DNA of 64,000 nucleotides from an uncultured delta proteobacterium (GTDB lineage Bacteria; Desulfobacterota; Binatia; UBA9968): NCBI GenBank assembly GCA_963727625.1, contig CAVSHR010000009.1, positions 288,001 to 352,000 of the forward strand, read 5' to 3'. Shown piece by piece: positions 58,831 to 64,000 of this stretch (position 1 is its first letter; each line of letters starts with the position of its first letter). The notes under the pieces were generated by a model. It saw only the letters and a program-made list of their open reading frames with translations, ran no database searches and was not told where the DNA came from. The position numbers and the translations under genes were made by a program.

Positions 58831-59388
58831 CTGTCATGCGTTCAGCCAAATCGTTGGGGAGAGGATGGAAGATCGCGGCAGCGCGCATGGCCGTTATGTT
58901 GGTCATCGTCCTGCAGGCGCAGGATCCGGAAGCCGGCTGGCCGCAGGAACCCGCTCCACCGCGGCTCGACGAGGAAATCGCCAAGCGGGTAAAAATTTAC
59001 AGCAGCCGGGGCGCCGACGTGTACGGCGGCTTCTCCTACACCGAAGATTTATCCGGGTTCTTGGAAAGGGTCCTGAGCCTACTGGAGACCGGCGGCGTCT
59101 TCTACACGATGGTGCAAGACGTGCATTTGGAGGATGGCAAGTACAAACTCGACAGCGGATACCTGACCGAGCTGGTGGATGCAGCCGGCCGCGACGTAAA
59201 AGCATGCTCCTGGCTGAAAAAAAACTGCCTACGTGAAAGTCGCCTGCGAGTCGAAGAGCGACTGGGACGAGCCCACCGAGCTGATCAACATCCGCAAGGT
59301 TTGCAGCGACGTCTCCGTTCCGCCCATGAAACTATTGAAGTACGAGGCCGGGAATCCTCCCGGGCGGCGATTCCAGTTGGAGCCGTAG
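58827..59388 (+). pseudogene. Internally deleted, frameshifted paralog of the exported methyltransferase-like gene
   Basis: Matches 54663-55565 at both ends but jumps from SRGA to DVYGGF, losing motif I. Frameshift in the A8 run near 59220. Confidence 0.8.
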
Positions 59389-59516
59389 GCGCGATTGAGT
59401 CGAATTCAAAAGCCCCTGTGCGGGCTGAACGAAACAAAAAGCAAGAAAGTCTGGAAGCAAAAGTCAGACCCTGGCTTCCATGCGGGCGCGCGTAAATCCA
59501 AGAATATGGAGAACCA

Positions 59517-60647
59517 ATGGCGATTTATTTGAGCAACCAAGATGTCGATCGGCTTCTGACGATGAAGGGATGCATGAAATCGATCGAGGGCATTTATAAA
59601 GAACTGGCGATCGGCGATGCGGTTTACCGCCATCGCATCGACGTTTTTGTGCCGCCCGGAAAAAAGAACTCTTACTTCCGCTGGGGCACCATGGAGGGCG
59701 GCAGCCGCAAGTGCGGCTTCGCGATCCGGCTGAAATCGGACATGGTCTACTGGACTCGATGGGAGGGCGGCAAGACCGAAGAGAAATACTGCATTAAGCC
59801 GGGGCTGTTTTGTGGCTTCATTCTGCTCTTCAGTGTAAAGAACGGCGAGCCGTTGGCGATGATCAACGACGGCGTGCTGCAGCATATGCGCGTCGGCGCC
59901 TGCGCCGGTCTCGGCGTGAAATACTTGGCCCGCGCCGATGCCAGAACGGTCGGCATGATTGGCTCGGGCGGTATGGCGCGCACCTATCTAGCCGCGTTCT
60001 GCGAGGTGCGCAAAATCAAAAAGGTCAAGGTCTACAGCCCAACCAAGGCGAACCGGCAGAAATATGCCAAAGAGATGGCCAAAGCTCTGTCGCTGGATGT
60101 CGAACCGGTGGACAGCGCTGAAAAAGCGGTGCGCGGCACCGACATCATCGCCACCTGCACCGATGCGATCAGCCCGGTGATCAAGAAAGAGTGGATCGAA
60201 CCGGGGATGCATCTGACCGACGTCAACGGCTCCGATATCTCCGACGACGTCATTGCCCGCTCCAACGTGGTGGTCCGGCTCGGCGAGCAGACCCTGTACG
60301 CCGAGATCGATAAAAAACGCAACCGCCACAGCTCGCAGATCGACTACATGACGCATGGCATCTTCGCCTACGTGGCGGGCCAACCCGATGAAATCAAGAG
60401 CATCCCAAAGACCAAGCTGCGCAAGATTTACAGTCAGGAGGCGCCAAGCGTGTACCTGGTCGACATCATCAGCGGCAAGAACAAAGGCCGCCGCAAGGCG
60501 AGCGACATTACGTTCTTCGACAACCGCGGCACCCAGGGGCTTCAGTTCGCGGCCGTCGGCAAGCATGTCTACGACATAGCCCGCGCGCGCGGCGTCAACA
60601 AAAAGCAGATCCCGACAGAGTGGTTCATTCAAGATATAAGAGATTGA
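59517..60647 (+). CDS. Ornithine cyclodeaminase / mu-crystallin family protein
   Basis: GEPLA, R.GA, YLAR.DA, GSGGMA, VYSPT, DII.TCT and G.GLQ.AA. Confidence 0.9.
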   Translation: MAIYLSNQDVDRLLTMKGCMKSIEGIYKELAIGDAVYRHRIDVFVPPGKKNSYFRWGTMEGGSRKCGFAIRLKSDMVYWTRWEGGKTEEKYCIKPGLFCGFILLFSVKNGEPLAMINDGVLQHMRVGACAGLGVKYLARADARTVGMIGSGGMARTYLAAFCEVRKIKKVKVYSPTKANRQKYAKEMAKALSLDVEPVDSAEKAVRGTDIIATCTDAISPVIKKEWIEPGMHLTDVNGSDISDDVIARSNVVVRLGEQTLYAEIDKKRNRHSSQIDYMTHGIFAYVAGQPDEIKSIPKTKLRKIYSQEAPSVYLVDIISGKNKGRRKASDITFFDNRGTQGLQFAAVGKHVYDIARARGVNKKQIPTEWFIQDIRD

Positions 60648-60690
60648 TTTATCGCTTCAAGATGAAATTTTCAGGGTAAAATCTTTTACT

Positions 60691-60862
60691 TTTGATGTTC
60701 GTCGTAAACGTACGCGAGCTAACTAACTCGCCTTTCGCATCTAGCTGGCCAAGATTTCTCGACTAGCAATTGGCACGATTACCCTTTTGCCGTCGTCGGT
60801 CTTGGGTATCACGCCAGCACGCTCCTGTTGTCTTCGATACTCTTTCTCACCCTCGCCGGCAG
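60691..60862. repeat. Diverged direct repeat, copy 1 (higA 3' end plus downstream DNA)
   Basis: Aligns with 63589-63752. GTTGTCTTCGATACTCTTTCTCACCCTCGCCGGCAG is identical in both. Confidence 0.85.
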
Positions 60863-61117
60863 TGCCTTCTCGGCGTTCCGCAGGTCGTAGGTCATTTGCA
60901 GGTTCATCCGGAATTCCGCCGATGTTTTGAAAAACGTTCCCAGGCGGATCGCCGTGTCCCCTGTGATGCCTCTTTCATCCTTCAGAATCGCCGTGATCCG
61001 GTTGGGCGGTACCCCGATCGCCTTTGCGAGCGTGTTTGCCGTCAGGCACAGCGGTTTCAAAAACTCCTCGTTAAGAATTTCACCCGGCGGAACCGGTCGC
61101 ATTCCATTCTTTTTCAT
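60809..61117 (-). CDS. higA: HigA/VapI family antitoxin (no cognate toxin adjacent)
   Basis: RPVPPGEIL.EEFL.P, LAKAIGVP.NRI..I and ITGDTAIRL..FF.TS.EF..NLQ..YDL. Confidence 0.9.
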   Translation of the reverse strand: MKKNGMRPVPPGEILNEEFLKPLCLTANTLAKAIGVPPNRITAILKDERGITGDTAIRLGTFFKTSAEFRMNLQMTYDLRNAEKALPARVRKSIEDNRSVLA

Positions 61118-61180
61118 TTTGTTATTCGTTAGTGACAGGCCCATACGCTCACCAAACTATCTTAGCCGGCGGGCCTAAAA

Positions 61181-61513
61181 TCACGCTGAACGTAATCGCC
61201 GTTCTGCCGGCACAAATCGAATCTCGACCCGCTGGTTCAAGGCCGCGGCGATTCGATTGAGCATTGCCAGCGAATGGCCCTCGTAATTGGCGTCTTCGAG
61301 ACGGCAAATGACCGATGCTGTGGTGCCGATCAGTCGTGCGAGTTGACGCTGGCTTAGCCCGTTTGCAATCCTCAGTGCCGTGAGCTTGCGAGCCACTTGG
61401 TCGTTCGCTCGTGCTTGTTCCAAAGCCGTGAGTCGTTGCGGCTTGCCTGCATAATAGCGACGGTGGAGAATTTCAACCGCATCCGCTGTCGCTTTCTTCT
61501 TTGCTCTTGCCAT
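61181..61513 (-). CDS. XRE-family HTH antitoxin
   Basis: LR...GLSQRQLA..IGTT.SVI.RLE...Y.GHSL.ML.RIA.AL, directly downstream of a RelE-type toxin. Confidence 0.88.
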   Translation of the reverse strand: MARAKKKATADAVEILHRRYYAGKPQRLTALEQARANDQVARKLTALRIANGLSQRQLARLIGTTASVICRLEDANYEGHSLAMLNRIAAALNQRVEIRFVPAERRLRSA

Positions 61514-61518
61514 ATACT

Positions 61519-61883
61519 TCACTCCTTGTACGTGTGTCGATCCGGGTCCCTTTGAAAATTCACCTTTCGTTGGATCGCCAACTCGATATCGCGCTGCGGC
61601 ACTTCACTTTCCTTTACGAGTCCGTGCGCCAGAACGGCAGCAATCTGACCGTGAAAGAAATAAAGCATTCGATAGTTCGTCTTGCCGAGTCGCACCCGTA
61701 TCTCATAAATTCCATCCCGCAAATAGTCGGCCTCTGGACGCCGCAGTTCATGTCCCAAATCGCGTAACCGTTCGATTCGAACTCGACATTTGTCCAGGGC
61801 TTTCGCAGGTAATGAATCCAGCCATTCGGGCACCGGAACCGTATTCGCGTCATCCTGTAAAAGACAACCGTCGTTTTCGGCAT
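61519..61883 (-). pseudogene. RelE/ParE (Gp49-like) toxin with a frameshift after codon 9
   Basis: MPKTTVVFY in one frame, then DD...PV.EWLD...LRRPEADYLRDGIYEIR...YRMLYFF...HG..K in another. Confidence 0.8.
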
Positions 61884-62152
61884 AGGTCCTAGCTTTGATG
61901 TTTTTATTATTGCGAACACCGATCAAGAGTGAAATACGGCCGCGGTACCAGATTGCCTAACTCTACTCACTCTCCTGCAGCCCTCGCGTAACGTTGGACG
62001 GCCACGGCAAAATGCCGGGAATGCGACCGGCCGGGCGTCTTGACCATGGCCGCTCTTGTTGCAGTCACAGCGCCTGCTCAGTTATGTTCGTAAGCGTTTC
62101 GGATTCAACGGTGCAGTTGAATTCCTCTTTACATTCTTCAAAGGAGAATCCC

Positions 62153-63445
62153 ATGGCAGATTTATTCCGGTTATCGGCGAGTGAAGCCGCGGCGCGCATT
62201 CGCGAAGGCAAACTCACGTCCGAGGCTCTGGTGCGCTCGTGCCTCGAGCGGATCGATGCGCGGGAGTCGCAAGTAAAAGCGTGGGTTCATCTGGACCGCG
62301 ACTTTGCCCTGACGCAGGCTCGGGAATGCGACAAGAGCGCGAGCCGCGGTCCGCTTCACGGAATTCCCTTCGCCGCCAAGGACATTATGGACACGGCCGA
62401 TCTGCCCACGGAGTACGGATCTCCCATCTACAAAGGCAACCGTCCCATGGCCGACGCCGCGTGTGTGGCGCTGAGCCGCGCGGCCGGCGGGGTGCTGTTG
62501 GGCAAGACGGTGACCACCGAGTTCGCCAGCCGAATTCCACTGGGAAACACGACGAACCCTCACAACCCGGAGCATACGCCCGGCGGTTCATCCAGCGGCT
62601 CGGCCGCCGCTGTCGGTGATTCGATGGTGCCGCTCGCCTTCGGCACCCAGACGGTGGGATCGGTGATTCGTCCGGCGGCGTTTTGCGGCTGCGTCGGCTA
62701 CAAGCCGAGCTACGGCGAAGTGAGCACGCAGGGCGTGAAGCAGAATACCGCGTCCTTCGACACCGTGGGGCTATTCGGCCGCGCCGTCGAGGATCTCGCA
62801 CTGTTTCGAGCCGCGCTTACAGGATTCGCCGCAAAACCTCTGGCCGCCATTCCCGTGAACGAGCTCAAGATCGGCTTTTGCCGCACCATGTTCTGGGACC
62901 GTGCGGAAGCGTACACGAAAACTTTACTCGAAGATGCGGCAGGCGCGCTCGCGGGAGCCGGAGCGAAGGTCGCCGATTTCGATCTCGGAGAGCCGTATAA
63001 AAACTTCGAGGCCATCGGCCGGCGCATCAACGACTACGAGTTCTGCCGCGCGCTTACCTGGGAACGTCATCATCATTGGAACCTTTTGAGCGAGTTCCAG
63101 CGCGACAAACTTGGCGCATGGCTCAATGTCTCCTACGAGCAATACCGAGAGGCCGAAGCCGTGCTGGGTCGGTGCCGCGGACATCTCGCCGACGCCATGA
63201 AAGATATCGACCTACTGCTAACGCCCAGCGCTCTCGGAGAGGCTCCGGCAGGACTGGCCAGTACGGGCGATACCTCGTTCAATATCCTGTCGACGTGGAC
63301 CTATACTCCTTGCGTCACCCTGCCCGTGTTTACCGGACCCTCCGGTCTGCCGGTCGGCATTCAGCTCATCGGCCACCGAAACCAGGATCACCGTCTACTG
63401 GAAGGCGCCCAGGCGGTTTACCGCGTGTTCTCCAAATCAACATGA
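62153..63445 (+). CDS. Amidase signature family protein
   Basis: GPLHGIP..KD, GKT.TTEFA, PGGSSSGSAAAV, GTQT.GS..RPA and GLPVG.Q. AAGGAG SD. Confidence 0.95.
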   Translation: MADLFRLSASEAAARIREGKLTSEALVRSCLERIDARESQVKAWVHLDRDFALTQARECDKSASRGPLHGIPFAAKDIMDTADLPTEYGSPIYKGNRPMADAACVALSRAAGGVLLGKTVTTEFASRIPLGNTTNPHNPEHTPGGSSSGSAAAVGDSMVPLAFGTQTVGSVIRPAAFCGCVGYKPSYGEVSTQGVKQNTASFDTVGLFGRAVEDLALFRAALTGFAAKPLAAIPVNELKIGFCRTMFWDRAEAYTKTLLEDAAGALAGAGAKVADFDLGEPYKNFEAIGRRINDYEFCRALTWERHHHWNLLSEFQRDKLGAWLNVSYEQYREAEAVLGRCRGHLADAMKDIDLLLTPSALGEAPAGLASTGDTSFNILSTWTYTPCVTLPVFTGPSGLPVGIQLIGHRNQDHRLLEGAQAVYRVFSKST

Positions 63446-63588
63446 CCTCCGCGCCGGTGCTGTCTGAAAACTTAGGGATAAGAACTGTTTGACTCGATAA
63501 GGGATACGCTGCCACACGGCGACGGACATGCGGCGGTTCAAAGCTCAAGGTTATTCAAAAAAGCAGGCTTGAGGCTCAAGTCGTTAAT

Positions 63589-63752
63589 TTTGATGTTCGT
63601 CAAAAGCGTTGCGGCTAACTCGCTTTTTTATCTCGCCGGCCATCATTTCCCGACTAGCGATTGGCGCGATTAAACCTTGCCGTCGTCGGGCTTGTGTATC
63701 ATTCCAGCACGCTCCGGTTGTCTTCGATACTCTTTCTCACCCTCGCCGGCAG
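63589..63752. repeat. Diverged direct repeat, copy 2 (higA 3' remnant)
   Basis: Aligns with 60691-60862. Confidence 0.85.
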
Positions 63753-63766
63753 CGCCCTCCGCCGCC

Positions 63767-64000
63767 CTAACTCCGGTAGCGCAGCGCATCGACCAGCAGG
63801 GAAAATGCCGGGGAGGAATGGCGGCGGCTCGGATAATAGAGATGGTATCCCGGAAAAGGCGGGCACCAATCGTCGAGCACTCGCTTGAGACGTCCTTGAG
63901 TTAGATGCGGCTGCGCCGCATCTTCCGGCACATAGGCCAAGCCGAATCCGGCGAGCGCCGCGTTGAGCATCTGGGTAGTGCCGTTGAAGACGAGCTGCCC
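63767..64000 (-). CDS. LysR-family regulator, C-terminal part (runs off the window)
   Basis: AALAGFGLAYVP...GRL.RVL.DW...PGYHLYYPSRR (CrgA/PgrR-like tail). Confidence 0.88.
   Translation of the reverse strand, partial: GQLVFNGTTQMLNAALAGFGLAYVPEDAAQPHLTQGRLKRVLDDWCPPFPGYHLYYPSRRHSSPAFSLLVDALRYRS

Overview
Bacterial chromosomal window with moderately high GC. The gene content (many orphan NMT1/SsuA-type and TctC binding proteins, amidohydrolases, a multi-GAF kinase, and a zinc-ribbon/cyclase/AAA/TPR protein) resembles Candidatus Binatia or related 'Deltaproteobacteria'; that taxonomy is inference. Main contents: (1) two near-identical direct copies of a RAYT/IS200-type HUH-Y1 transposase, bounded by GGGGTCAGACTT terminal inverted repeats and bracketing a tripartite tricarboxylate transporter cluster. 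(2) A three-gene exported module: a beta-helix/Ig adhesin, a small lipoprotein, and a large protein whose frameshifted N-terminus carries the Zn-phospholipase C/P1-nuclease ligand pattern. This is a candidate undescribed toxin-immunity-carrier system. (3) A tandem duplication of the adhesin-to-polA interval, joined at a 7-bp microhomology, in which the two copies carry different cargo. (4) An actinobacterial-type PolA. (5) A KS-alpha-like ketosynthase + methyltransferase + FAD oxidoreductase + ThyX run. (6) An exported UxxC peroxiredoxin-like selenoprotein that the ORF track splits in two. (7) Three copies (one intact, two decayed) of an exported SAM-methyltransferase-like family. There are also TrkAH, several toxin-antitoxin relics, a MITE-like element and many short gene remnants. 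No rRNA, tRNA or CRISPR array was seen. All product calls come from motif recognition by eye; no searches were run.
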